A DNA stretch of 64,000 nt from Cyanobacteria bacterium auto_48_18 (GTDB lineage: Bacteria > Cyanobacteriota > Vampirovibrionia > Obscuribacterales > Obscuribacteraceae): positions 32,001-96,000 of the forward strand of contig JAVHQC010000036.1 in NCBI GenBank assembly GCA_036170915.1, written 5' to 3'. Position numbers and translations under genes: made by a program. Each line of letters begins with the position of its first letter. Position 1 is the first letter of the stretch. The notes beneath the pieces were generated by a model. That model did no database searches and had not been told where the DNA came from. It saw nothing but the letters and a program-made list of their open reading frames with translations. Below are positions 29,145 through 39,066 of the stretch, piece by piece.

Positions 29145-31412
29145 GTGCAAGGTGGTGGTTGGTCTAACGCGGATAGTGACTGGCAGTTAAAGAGGCTGCA
29201 GCACGATTCGGTTAAAACTGTTGATAAAGTCGTGCAAACTGTTCGTACAGTCCTGCAGGAAGAAATTGTCGCCCATGGTCAGGAATACGAGAAGATGTTC
29301 GGTAAGTCTTCTGCGCAGTACAGTGAATACGTCAACATGATCATGGAAAAGCTTGAGCAGCTGGGAGTTGCCCCTCAAGCCGTGATGGAATGGCTTGATA
29401 AGACTGCTGCTGACGGCTCAATGCCTGATAATAAATTGACTTTGTCTATGCGCGATGCCCAGTCAGAAACTATTCCGCAAATTCGACTAGCAATTCCCTT
29501 AAGTGAGCAACTACAGCCACAACAAGATTTTGGCGATGTGCCAGCACCCGCGCCTCTAGTGAATGCCGGTAGTTTACCTTTTTCAGCTTTTCCGTCGGCC
29601 CAGGTGCCGACTCCTCTCGCTGCACCCGCCTCGTTTCCGCCTGCGGTCACTAACTGGCACGCTGCGCCAGACATGGATATTACTGTTCCTCACCACCAGG
29701 CTGCAATCGCAGATACGGTGACGAGTCCGTGGGGTGTACCGGCACCAAATGCCCAACCACCGGTGGCTGCGTCTCAACCATCAGGATGGAATGTGCCCTC
29801 ACCAGCCAAAACTGGACAGAACTTTGCCATGGTTGAGCCAGTAAAATCCACGGCCTCATTGATTGCCTCTAGCTGGGACAATGACTCATCGTCTGCACAG
29901 GCTCCCGCCGCACCAGCTGCTGTTCAAAGTGGATCTACGTGGATTCCTAATGCTGCCACAACAGCTCCCGTGCAACCTATTGCTTCGTCCAGTCATAATC
30001 CTGCAGGCGGCAACGCCTTCTCGTCTCACAGTGCTTCGGCTTGGGCCTCACCTCAACCTTCGTCAGTCGGCACTAATACCCCTAATTCCTTACCGGCCTG
30101 GCCGGTTAATCCGGTAGCATCGTCTCCAACTCCTGCTTCTCCGCCTACGCCTACTCCTGCGCCTGCTCCGACTCCTACTCCTGCGCCTGCTCCTGCGCCT
30201 GCTCCAACTCCTCCACCTGCATCCATTCCTCCGCCTGCACCTCAACCCGCTCCGCCGGTGCATGTGCCTGCCCCTGTAACAGCCTGGACACCGACTGCGG
30301 TGGAGGCAGCACCGGTCATCGAGTCACAGTGGGCTGCTCCTCAAATTCCTATTCCGTCACCGACACTCGGACCAAGAAGTTCTCCCTCCATCATGACTGC
30401 TGGACCGGTTCCCGCGCAGCAGGCGGTGCCGACTACGCCACCAGCTACGATGCCAGCGGCATCTGCACCGACACCAGCTGTGATGCCATCATCACAGGTC
30501 TTTGCCGCCATGCCTACGCCAGCTCAATTGGCTCCGAAGCCTTTGACCCAGCAGGGCCTGCCGCAACTGAACCCACAAGGGCAGCCACTTCCCCATCAGT
30601 CTCAGCCGATTCAGCAACAACAACAACAGCAACAACAACAGCCAGTACAGCAGGTGCAGGCGCCACCACAACCAGTGCACGCCGTGCCCCAAAATCCGTT
30701 CAATCAGAGACCAACCACTCAACCTGGCCTACCAAAGCCATTCCCAGTTCAGCAGCCAGTTCAGCAGCCAGTTCAGCAACAACAAGCTAGTCAGCCTCTT
30801 CAGGAAGTGGCAGAATCTCGCCCATCACGCCCAGCTACTGGTGGTTGGCCAGCAGGTCCACCACCAAATCCTTACGCTGCGCAAGACAGCGCTAGTCTTA
30901 CACAAATTACACAGACACCACAGACACCACAAACACCTCAGAGACCGCAGGCACCACAGGCGATGCCGCAGGTCCCTCCTCAGCAAGTTGCGCAACTACA
31001 ACCACAACAACAACAACAGCGAATGCCGGTGCAGCAGCAATGGGTGCCGCAACAGCCACAACCACCTGCCCCTCAGCAAGCCCCCGTTCAAAATCAGTGG
31101 CCCCAGCAGGCACAACCAAATCCACAGCAGCAGCCGCCGAATCAATGGCAGCCGGCTCCACAACCGCAAGCACCGAGACAGTCAGCAGCACCGATGCCGG
31201 TGCAAGCTCAATGGCAGGCGACACCCGCACCACAGGCCCCACCTGCACCAGCTCATTTCGTCAACATTCCTAGCGTTGCCTTGAATAGCAATGGCAACGG
31301 CAACAATGGTGGCAATGGCAATGGTGCTCCAGGAAACGGGATGGCATACCAAATGCAAGGTAGTGAAAGAGATGAGGCAGAGAAATACGATCCGGCTACG
31401 GCCTGGGATTAG
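29145..31412 (+). CDS. Pro/Gln/Ala-rich low-complexity protein with helical N-terminal domain
   Basis: 755-aa open frame, GAGG RBS before GTG, PTPAP and poly-Q tracts. Confidence 0.7.
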   Translation: MQGGGWSNADSDWQLKRLQHDSVKTVDKVVQTVRTVLQEEIVAHGQEYEKMFGKSSAQYSEYVNMIMEKLEQLGVAPQAVMEWLDKTAADGSMPDNKLTLSMRDAQSETIPQIRLAIPLSEQLQPQQDFGDVPAPAPLVNAGSLPFSAFPSAQVPTPLAAPASFPPAVTNWHAAPDMDITVPHHQAAIADTVTSPWGVPAPNAQPPVAASQPSGWNVPSPAKTGQNFAMVEPVKSTASLIASSWDNDSSSAQAPAAPAAVQSGSTWIPNAATTAPVQPIASSSHNPAGGNAFSSHSASAWASPQPSSVGTNTPNSLPAWPVNPVASSPTPASPPTPTPAPAPTPTPAPAPAPAPTPPPASIPPPAPQPAPPVHVPAPVTAWTPTAVEAAPVIESQWAAPQIPIPSPTLGPRSSPSIMTAGPVPAQQAVPTTPPATMPAASAPTPAVMPSSQVFAAMPTPAQLAPKPLTQQGLPQLNPQGQPLPHQSQPIQQQQQQQQQQPVQQVQAPPQPVHAVPQNPFNQRPTTQPGLPKPFPVQQPVQQPVQQQQASQPLQEVAESRPSRPATGGWPAGPPPNPYAAQDSASLTQITQTPQTPQTPQRPQAPQAMPQVPPQQVAQLQPQQQQQRMPVQQQWVPQQPQPPAPQQAPVQNQWPQQAQPNPQQQPPNQWQPAPQPQAPRQSAAPMPVQAQWQATPAPQAPPAPAHFVNIPSVALNSNGNGNNGGNGNGAPGNGMAYQMQGSERDEAEKYDPATAWD

Positions 31413-31442
31413 TCAGGGCACTAATGGTAATTTCAAATTGCT

Positions 31443-32027
31443 CTAGTGGCTTTCGCTGCTGTTTGCTTCGAACTGAGGTCGCGACGCAATTGAGCGGTGG
31501 TTTGGCGTTTCAACCCATGATTTGAGATTTTCGAGGCGACGGCGAATATCCTTTAAAATCGATGAACACGCCACTTGATTGGCAAAAGGCAAAAAGGTTT
31601 TCGGCTCACTAAAGGTATTCAACGTCACTTCGGTACGCTCACCGTTACCGATAGGAGTCAGTATCCATGAGCCTTCAAACGATTTCAATTTTTCAGATGT
31701 AACCATTGAAAAGTCAATGCGTTTGTAAGGTGTTTCGACTTCTTTATAGGTGCAACAAGCACTGCCTATCAAAGGCAATTCACTAAAATGTTCCTCAATC
31801 AAAGCTACATTTTCATGATGAGAAACCAGCTTTCTTCTGTGAGGCTCTTTAATGCGAGATTCCTGAATTGCTTCAAAAACAGCCTGAGGTGAGCCTTCAA
31901 TTACGACCGAAGATTCAGCGCCATGATGCACCCTATGATTTGCGAGGGCCTCACTGTTCCAATTAGCGCCGAAAAAAGTAGAAAAAAGGCATGCCGAAGC
32001 AACTAACAGTCTTGTCTTGGTTGTCAT
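31443..32027 (-). CDS. SRPBCC/START (polyketide cyclase-like) exported protein
   Basis: I.F.M....LKSFEGSW.L.P....T.V; signal peptide. Confidence 0.75.
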   Translation of the reverse strand: MTTKTRLLVASACLFSTFFGANWNSEALANHRVHHGAESSVVIEGSPQAVFEAIQESRIKEPHRRKLVSHHENVALIEEHFSELPLIGSACCTYKEVETPYKRIDFSMVTSEKLKSFEGSWILTPIGNGERTEVTLNTFSEPKTFLPFANQVACSSILKDIRRRLENLKSWVETPNHRSIASRPQFEANSSESH

Positions 32028-32276
32028 GATCGTTGATATCCCGAGAGTGCCATGGAGAGGCTTAACGGCGCATTATCTCACTTAAGGTAAGCACCCATTA
32101 TTGCTCATCAGTAGACTTACTAAGATGTCAAAACTTTTAGGAGTGCGCCGGTTGTCATTAGTATTTCCGGTCAAACCCTTGCCCGTGCCGATTTAGCAAT
32201 TACTAGAGGTACTAATACTATAATAAGCAAGTTGATGGTAAAGATGTTTCAGTGTTGAAACGTGTGAGGTTAAACG

Positions 32277-32717
32277 ATGGCTCGGCCTTATTCCAATTTA
32301 AAGGTCATAGTTGGCAAAAGATCATTCGCCTCCATAAGCGCATGGTTACTGGGCTTCGTTGTACCGGTTATGGCACAGAACACTATAGTGGCGGGCGAAG
32401 CCAAAGCACCGGTTACACATCAAGGTAATGCTTTTTTAGAAGCTCTTTTTCCTATTCTCAACAACATCGCACTTGTGGCACTTGTTGGAGTTGTAGTGTT
32501 CGGTCTGATCTGGCTTTTGCAGCGAAAAAAATCAGATGCAGGTGCTGCTGCTGAGGGCGAGGCAACAGCCGATGCCAAGCCTGCCGAGGCGGAGGCCACT
32601 GCTGCACCAGCAGCTCAATCTGCAGAAACGGTTTCAGAAGACAGTCACACAACCGAGTCTAAGTCAGACGAAAGCAGCGAAAAAGTTGACGAAAGCCAGG
32701 CAGAAAAGTCAGTTTAG
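32277..32717 (+). CDS. Hypothetical membrane protein with acidic tail
   Basis: Signal-like N-terminus, one TM, E/S/A-rich tail; GAGG RBS. Confidence 0.65.
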   Translation: MARPYSNLKVIVGKRSFASISAWLLGFVVPVMAQNTIVAGEAKAPVTHQGNAFLEALFPILNNIALVALVGVVVFGLIWLLQRKKSDAGAAAEGEATADAKPAEAEATAAPAAQSAETVSEDSHTTESKSDESSEKVDESQAEKSV

Positions 32718-32775
32718 TTAACTGGTGAGCTCTGCGCACCGAATGTGGTGCCCCTGATTTTACAATTCAAAGAAG

Positions 32776-34386
32776 TTAGCTTTCTGATGAATTGACAAGT
32801 TTTGCTTGAGCCAGGGCGCCGGCCGAATTAGGATCAGTAAAGCGCATTGATATTGCCACCATCTCACCGTTATCGGTAGGTATAGTGGTGATGCGCAATT
32901 CCACTTCATCTTCTTCTACTCTGGTGGTGAACTTTTTGTCTTGAGGTTTGTCTATCGACTGCGGATCAAGGCCGGCTATAACTTTATATGAGCCCACCAG
33001 AGCGGTATGAATTTCCAACGGCAACATGCAATCTGCAAGAAGTTCACCGTGCAGAAAATAGCGCAGAGCAACTCCTGTGCCATCCGGTTCAAGATGAATA
33101 TCTGAGCAACGCTTCTGTGTTGCTTTACCAATAATTTCATGAGCTAGCAGCATCACTGAGGCGTTCTGAGCCTCTTTCATACGATGAATATCTGTTTCTT
33201 CTTCACTGCCCCCAAGTTCAGATTCCACTACTTCTTCAAGAAGTTTGCGATTGGCGCTGGCATTAAGCGCGCTCTGACTCGACTCGAGCAGGTGACTGGT
33301 GACATTGGCGAGGGCTGCTTCCATGATGATCTCCGCCTGGGCCAGTTTGCTGTCGCTAGCTGACGGCACCACTCTAAGGTCTTCCGGTTCAACCTTAGAA
33401 ACAGGATCAGGCAATGCAACTGGCTCTGTTGCTTGAATCGGCTCAGGCTGTGCAATTGTTTCAATATTTTCAGGCGCCTTGGTCACCACAGCAGGCTCAG
33501 AAACAGCCTCAATTACAGAAGATTCAACTACCGAAGCCTCAACTACCGAAGCCTCAACTACCGAAGCCTCAACTTTGACCACCGAATCAAAGTCATCGTC
33601 ATCATCGTCGTCACCAAACAGAGACTGTAAGTGTTTTTTCGCAGGCACTTTTGCCACAGGCTTTACTGGCTCTGCGACAGTCGCTTCTGGGGCGGGAGTA
33701 CCGTTACCATTCGGAACAGGAGTCAATAAACTTGGAGCACTTGATGCACTTGATCCAACTGACGTCTCCACTTCCGACGACACTTTCGGCTCGAGCTTGT
33801 TCTCTTGTAGCTCTTTTAACTGATTAATTTCACCTACTTCACCTACTTCACCTACTTCACCGACTTCGCCTATCTCAGCAGCCTCGCCACCATAAAGCAC
33901 TTGCATAGCGTGCTCAAATTCGTCGGCGGTACAAACAAGCTTTTTCAGATGTCCGCTACGTAGCTGAACCCGCAGAGTGTCGAGGGCAATTAGATCGTCA
34001 GGGTTAACCATGGCCACTGTAAATTGTGTGCCGCTGTTGGCCACTGGAATGAGCTTAAATTTGCGTTTAGTTTCCTCAGAGACCAGATCGGCAATTTCGC
34101 GGCTGGGCACATTTTTTGAAAGAGCTATGAAATTTACACCAAATTGCAGCTCAAGCGAGTCTTTGAGCTGATGGTAAGACACCAGACCCATGCGGTCGAG
34201 AATGAGGGTCAATCTCTCTCCCGACCTGATCTGCTCATCGATTGCACCAGCCAGCTCTTCAGGCGTAATGATGCCAATATCGACCAACAGGTCGCCAATC
34301 TCGTTACCACTAACTGACAGCGGCTCTCCTGAAGAAATACTAGTGGGGCTCATTGGGTGTCTGTTTGAAAAAGTAGAGGAAGCCAT
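32776..34386 (-). CDS. PilB/GspE N-terminal-domain protein (MshEN + N1D + N2D) lacking the ATPase domain
   Basis: IGDLLVDIGII, VAMVNP.D..ALD, SDIHLEP...PQD...LRITTIPT..GE; ORF ends before any Walker A. Confidence 0.8.
   Translation of the reverse strand: MASSTFSNRHPMSPTSISSGEPLSVSGNEIGDLLVDIGIITPEELAGAIDEQIRSGERLTLILDRMGLVSYHQLKDSLELQFGVNFIALSKNVPSREIADLVSEETKRKFKLIPVANSGTQFTVAMVNPDDLIALDTLRVQLRSGHLKKLVCTADEFEHAMQVLYGGEAAEIGEVGEVGEVGEVGEINQLKELQENKLEPKVSSEVETSVGSSASSAPSLLTPVPNGNGTPAPEATVAEPVKPVAKVPAKKHLQSLFGDDDDDDDFDSVVKVEASVVEASVVEASVVESSVIEAVSEPAVVTKAPENIETIAQPEPIQATEPVALPDPVSKVEPEDLRVVPSASDSKLAQAEIIMEAALANVTSHLLESSQSALNASANRKLLEEVVESELGGSEEETDIHRMKEAQNASVMLLAHEIIGKATQKRCSDIHLEPDGTGVALRYFLHGELLADCMLPLEIHTALVGSYKVIAGLDPQSIDKPQDKKFTTRVEEDEVELRITTIPTDNGEMVAISMRFTDPNSAGALAQAKLVNSSES
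33525..33573. repeat. Coding 15-bp tandem repeat (VVEAS x3)
   Basis: TCAACTACCGAAGCC repeated three times. Confidence 0.85.
33828..33869. repeat. Coding 9-bp tandem repeat (GEV x4)
   Basis: TTCACCTAC units. Confidence 0.8.
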
Positions 34387-34451
34387 ATACTCATGACGAA
34401 ACTAGAGTCATATTATTGATTTTCCCGATGAAAAAAGCGGCTAAACCTGCG

Positions 34452-35417
34452 TCAATGTAATGGATCGAAAATTTCCAGAGGCAAATCTCGACCATTAGAA
34501 ACATCCTTGAGCTTGGTTGGCCTGAAAAATTTTTGCATGCGACGAAAGGCTGGCGTGTCCGACTGATCAAAGTGTACCTCCACTCGTTTAAGATGCTCCA
34601 GGTTCTTCAAGCAGCGCAGGCCCTCTAAGGTAACTTTCGTACCCACAAGATTAATACCGGTGAGGCTTTTGGCGGGTAGCAGCCTAACCAGCCCCTGATC
34701 GGTTATGCCCGAATTAGTACAGAGCTTCACGGTCCTCAGCTTCGGCAATTTGGCAATAGTATCCAAATCAGTGTTTGTCAGTCGGCAGGCGTCCAGACGT
34801 AAAGCCTTAATCTCTTTGCACTCGGCCAGGTCGGCAAAGCCATCTTTACCGAGAGTGTTAAAGCCGAGCTGAAGATTATCCAGCTTCTTCAACTTACTCA
34901 AATACTTGAAGCACTTGCTGCTACACAATGTTCTTGACGCACCGAGAAAAGTAAGGTGAGGTAGCAGCTCTGAAATGACCTTAACGCCGCCATCTGAAAT
35001 ATCAGTGCGATCTATTTCGAGGTGGGTGAGTTGGCGGAAATTTTTCAAAAAACCGATGTTATTGTTCTTGAGCGGCAAACTTTGCAGACCAAGAAAATGC
35101 ACGGGTGCTGTCGCCAGGGCAGCGGTCCAGGTTCTATCACTTGAATCGTCTATCAACTGCAAGAAAAATTCTTTTCCCGCAGGAATCTCTACTCTGCCCT
35201 TTGCCACAGCAAACTTTTGCAGATGGCTGGTTGAAGGGTGGCCTTCTTCGTTGTAATCAAACAGCAACACTGAGCCGACCACATGGTTTTCGGGAAAGTT
35301 CAACACCACTGATTTAGCAGGGGCGGCAGCCGCTGAATTCATTGAAAAAAGCATGGCCCCGGCCACAAGCAAGGTCTGATAATGGCGGGTAAATATATCA
35401 ACTGCAGGCTTGCACAT
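34452..35417 (-). CDS. Exported leucine-rich repeat protein
   Basis: L..L.L..T.I.D.G repeats; signal peptide. Confidence 0.85.
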   Translation of the reverse strand: MCKPAVDIFTRHYQTLLVAGAMLFSMNSAAAAPAKSVVLNFPENHVVGSVLLFDYNEEGHPSTSHLQKFAVAKGRVEIPAGKEFFLQLIDDSSDRTWTAALATAPVHFLGLQSLPLKNNNIGFLKNFRQLTHLEIDRTDISDGGVKVISELLPHLTFLGASRTLCSSKCFKYLSKLKKLDNLQLGFNTLGKDGFADLAECKEIKALRLDACRLTNTDLDTIAKLPKLRTVKLCTNSGITDQGLVRLLPAKSLTGINLVGTKVTLEGLRCLKNLEHLKRVEVHFDQSDTPAFRRMQKFFRPTKLKDVSNGRDLPLEIFDPLH

Positions 35418-35422
35418 TCGGC

Positions 35423-35941
35423 TTAAATGCTTCCGGCAACAATTTCAATCAATGGTTTGTTTGAGGTCTGGTCGGTGACAATGTCGCCTACAGAATAGTG
35501 GCAACGCTCTCTGACGCCGACAAAATCTACATTGACGTCGCTCATGGTCGCAGCGATAGCTTTAAAAGCATCTTGGCCGGCTTTTTTGTCAAAACGCCTG
35601 ATCAACGCGGCGGCATAAAGTCTGCCTGCCGGGCTGCCATTGAGACAAATCCATTCAAGGTCAGCTTTGCTTTTAACTCCGCTTTTGCATGCATAGCTAA
35701 TAGCGCCGCTCATCTTACCGTTTTTGAGGCCAGCTTCTTCCAGCTGTTTGGCTGTAGCAATGACGGTAAGCTCAGGGCTCATTGCTCGCTCTGGCGGCTT
35801 GGGTGCGTCTTTTTGAATTACCATTTCGACGCTGGGCTCAGGAAAGGCAGGCATCTGCGCCTCAGCCCGGGTTGATTGAACAAAACAGAGCGATAAAACA
35901 AAAAGACTTTGAGGCAAAAAGGTAGCTCGAGTCATTTTCAT
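35423..35941 (-). CDS. Hypothetical exported protein
   Basis: Signal peptide (AEA-Q); SPAGRLYAA motif. Confidence 0.65.
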   Translation of the reverse strand: MKMTRATFLPQSLFVLSLCFVQSTRAEAQMPAFPEPSVEMVIQKDAPKPPERAMSPELTVIATAKQLEEAGLKNGKMSGAISYACKSGVKSKADLEWICLNGSPAGRLYAAALIRRFDKKAGQDAFKAIAATMSDVNVDFVGVRERCHYSVGDIVTDQTSNKPLIEIVAGSI

Positions 35942-35977
35942 ACTTATCGCTCTGTTATTCGGTTCAGATATTTTTAT

Positions 35978-36568
35978 TTATTTGACGCCGATCAGATCTA
36001 CTTCAAACACCAGTGTGGCATTTGGTGGAATATCAGCGCCGGCCCCTCTGGCTCCATAACCAAGAGCTGGTGGAATTGTCAGTTTGCGCTTACCGCCGGG
36101 CTTCATGGTGGCAACACCTTCGTCCCAACCTTTGATCACTGATCCGGTACCGATTTGAAATTCAAATGGACGGCCGCCATGATCGTAAGAGCTGTCGAAT
36201 TTCTTACCGTTAGTAAGCCATCCGGTGTAATGAACAATAACGGTTTGACCGTTCTTAGGTGATTCACCTGCGCCGACTTTGAGATCTTCGATTACCAGAC
36301 CTGTTGGTGTGGTGGTGCTTGAAGTTTGTGTCATGGAATTTGCTCCGCTGGTAGTGACGGTATCTGACGTAGTGCCACCGCTGGCAGTGGCATTGCTGGG
36401 CAGTGGGCTGGCCAGGTCTGTTGCTGATGTGGTGGTCGTGGTTGTGGTCGTTGTTTCCGCAGAATTTGAAGCATTCGAACAGGCAGTTGTTGACAGGCCG
36501 GTTAAGGTAGCCAAAGTGAGAGCTAAAAGTGTTGATGCTGGCGCTAATTTACGCATACGGGTCCTCAA
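35978..36568 (-). CDS. FKBP-type peptidyl-prolyl isomerase, probable lipoprotein
   Basis: [46 protein letters not shown] lipobox-like, Thr-rich linker. Confidence 0.95.
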   Translation of the reverse strand: MRTRMRKLAPASTLLALTLATLTGLSTTACSNASNSAETTTTTTTTTSATDLASPLPSNATASGGTTSDTVTTSGANSMTQTSSTTTPTGLVIEDLKVGAGESPKNGQTVIVHYTGWLTNGKKFDSSYDHGGRPFEFQIGTGSVIKGWDEGVATMKPGGKRKLTIPPALGYGARGAGADIPPNATLVFEVDLIGVK

Positions 36569-36630
36569 TAGTACTGATTGAATTCAATCTGATAGGCCAA
36601 AGTTATAGCAGAACCGGCTGAGAAAACCAT

Positions 36631-36669
36631 TAGACGAGCAAGTAGACGAGCAAATAGACGAACAAGTAG
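36631..36669. repeat. Intergenic 12-bp tandem repeat x3
   Basis: TAGACGAGCAAG TAGACGAGCAAA TAGACGAACAAG TAG. Confidence 0.85.
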
Positions 36670-36775
36670 TCAGTGTTCGTAATCACCCCATTTACGCCAC
36701 CGGCCGGGCCGTAGATGATCATGACAAGCAAATTAAAAATCACTTTCACCCCAGAAATCTTCTAAATCATCACCT

Positions 36776-38428
36776 ATGCCTAAAGCCAGTCACAGTTTAG
36801 ATTCAAGTACAGGCGCCGAAAAGAATTTCGATGCTCAACTCAACAGTAAACTGGCAGACGAATCAATCAGCACTCGCTTACTTGCCTCTTTAGGTACCGG
36901 CGATGCTTCCAAACCGGCTCGCACCATGACAAAAGCCGCTGTTGTCGTCGAAGGCACTTTGACCGGTCTCGTTACCCATGGCGTGTCAGAAGCAGCTAAC
37001 AACCCCGGCCGATTCGGCGCTGAAATTTTAGGCGCCACCGCTCTCACGGTTGCCATGAAAGGCCCATCTTGGGTCAAACTCCCGGCTCTGGGAGTTGTGG
37101 CTGTTGGTACATACGCATTCGGTGCGCACGCGCTTGAGTCGGGCCTTAAGGCGGCGTCGATTACACAAAACATGACCGAAGGCAATCTGGCCGAAAGTCG
37201 TGCTGCAATCAGTGAAACCTTAGGACCTCTGGCCTTTGACTCGCTACTTATGGTCGGCTCAGGCTACGCTGGCACCAAGCTGGCCGGTGTTTTACCAAAA
37301 AGACTGCCCACCGTATCTTTTGAAATGTCTCCGCAACTGGCTTTTGAAGGCGGCGCCATGGCAACCTCTGGGCCTCGTTTGCGCTTTGACTATGCACCTG
37401 AAAGTGTGGGCGCAAAAGACAATATCATGGCCATGAGCAACTCCCATGACGGAACTGGTGGTGGCAGCTCGAGCAAGCACATACAAAAAGATGGCTACAA
37501 GATAGTTTCATCTCGCGGTTCGCGTGGTGAAGACGTGCAGCTGGTCGATCAGATGCCGGCAATGAAACCTGTAGAGCTTCTTCATGGTGACCATTCGATT
37601 TCAAATATTCGCGCGAACGGCAAAGTTACCATCGGATTTCCTACCGGCGAAGCGCGTATGTTCGACCTCGGAAAACCAATTAAACGGGTTACCGTAAGTG
37701 AATACGCTGGCGGTCAAAAACAGTATCGTCTCAATGAAACAGCTTTGCCCAATATGGAAGTGAACAATCTCAATCACGAAGTCAAAGCAGTTTTAGCCAA
37801 CGGCGATAAATTGCACATGGTCGACAATGTGCCAGATGGCCACATGAATTTCAATCACCAGGACGGCCTCAAATCATGGGTGGAATATTCAGGGCGGCTG
37901 GTTTTCCAATTGCCCAATGGTGTTTTGACAGAAGCGGTTATCCCCAGCAAGATTGCCAATATAAAGCTCACAGAGCGACTTGACGGCAGTAAGCTTTTTG
38001 AATTTCTAAGCCCTGAAGGTACTGTTCTACCTCAAAAAGTAGAATTGCCATCAACTGCAGCCAAAGCCAAATCTTTTGATGAAATCTCTCAGTGGCGTGA
38101 TTTGAAAAATTACCTCGCCGGTCGCCCCAACACCAGTGGTACCAGCCATGGTTTTGAATTGCATCGTGTGGAGCCTGATGCTGGTGGTGCAATTCATCAG
38201 CAGCAGTCGCATAAAGAGAGCTTCCCGTTTTGGAATCCAAAGCTCAGATCGCAATCAACTGAAAGAGCTATGGCTCAGCACGTTGCTGGTGTTGATCCGC
38301 GCACCATGCGTGGCAATGATCTGGAAACACCAGCCGACATGATGTTGGCCCAGCAAGGCCACAGCTGGATTACAAAGAGATATCTTGATGGCCTTGATCG
38401 TCAAGACAGTCCTTATGGCAATCACTAA
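36776..38428 (+). CDS. Hypothetical protein (Gly/Ala-rich hydrophobic N-terminal helices, beta-rich C-terminal part)
   Basis: 550-aa ORF; no family recognised. Confidence 0.65.
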   Translation: MPKASHSLDSSTGAEKNFDAQLNSKLADESISTRLLASLGTGDASKPARTMTKAAVVVEGTLTGLVTHGVSEAANNPGRFGAEILGATALTVAMKGPSWVKLPALGVVAVGTYAFGAHALESGLKAASITQNMTEGNLAESRAAISETLGPLAFDSLLMVGSGYAGTKLAGVLPKRLPTVSFEMSPQLAFEGGAMATSGPRLRFDYAPESVGAKDNIMAMSNSHDGTGGGSSSKHIQKDGYKIVSSRGSRGEDVQLVDQMPAMKPVELLHGDHSISNIRANGKVTIGFPTGEARMFDLGKPIKRVTVSEYAGGQKQYRLNETALPNMEVNNLNHEVKAVLANGDKLHMVDNVPDGHMNFNHQDGLKSWVEYSGRLVFQLPNGVLTEAVIPSKIANIKLTERLDGSKLFEFLSPEGTVLPQKVELPSTAAKAKSFDEISQWRDLKNYLAGRPNTSGTSHGFELHRVEPDAGGAIHQQQSHKESFPFWNPKLRSQSTERAMAQHVAGVDPRTMRGNDLETPADMMLAQQGHSWITKRYLDGLDRQDSPYGNH

Positions 38429-38430
38429 AA

Positions 38431-39051
38431 TCAGCCGATGGCGTCTTTAAGAGCACTATGCGCAGCCAGATATTTAGTGGTAATCGAAAGCACCTTAGCC
38501 TCTTGAGTTAGCCTGCCATGCGTGTCTTGCAGCTCCAGTAAAGCTTGCTGGTCTTCAGGTACACCATACATGGTGCCGGCCACCCAGTAAGACAAACTGA
38601 GTGGGTCTGATGGTAAATCTTCCGGCAGCTCAACCTCTTTATCAGTTAGCTTGCCGCTGAGTTTTAGAATATTTTTGATACATTCTAAAACTTCCTCAGT
38701 CACCTGGTCGAGATCTTCGCTACAGGGGCCGTCTTCAAGCCATTCGATTTCGCCTTGCAGGTATGGCAGATCTTCAATAGTGCGCAGCACTTTGAAGCGC
38801 CTTCTACCCTGAGTGAGAATATTCATGCGGCCATCGGGCAACTTTTCGCATTCTAAAATTTCGGCAGAAGAACCAACTGAGGCCGCTTGTGAGCTGCGTG
38901 GATCGTAGAGAAGCACACCAAAAATTTTGTCACCAGTCATAATTTTCGCAACCATTTGCCGGTAGCGAGGTTCGAAAATATGCAGTGGCAGCGGCGAGCC
39001 TGGAAAAAGCACCACATCAGGCAGTGGAAATAAAGGAATAATTTGTGTCAA
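38431..39051 (-). CDS. Lon protease N-terminal (substrate-binding) domain protein
   Basis: IPLFPL..VVLFPG..LPLHIFEPRYR.M, DGR.NI...G.RRF. Confidence 0.92.
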   Translation of the reverse strand: MTQIIPLFPLPDVVLFPGSPLPLHIFEPRYRQMVAKIMTGDKIFGVLLYDPRSSQAASVGSSAEILECEKLPDGRMNILTQGRRRFKVLRTIEDLPYLQGEIEWLEDGPCSEDLDQVTEEVLECIKNILKLSGKLTDKEVELPEDLPSDPLSLSYWVAGTMYGVPEDQQALLELQDTHGRLTQEAKVLSITTKYLAAHSALKDAIG

Positions 39052-39066
39052 CCACTGTCTCCAGAG

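Noticed and set aside
30329..31284. Overlapping alternative-frame ORFs of 76-153 aa
   Set aside because: By-products of stop-poor CAG/CCA/GCA repeats in the Pro/Gln-rich gene
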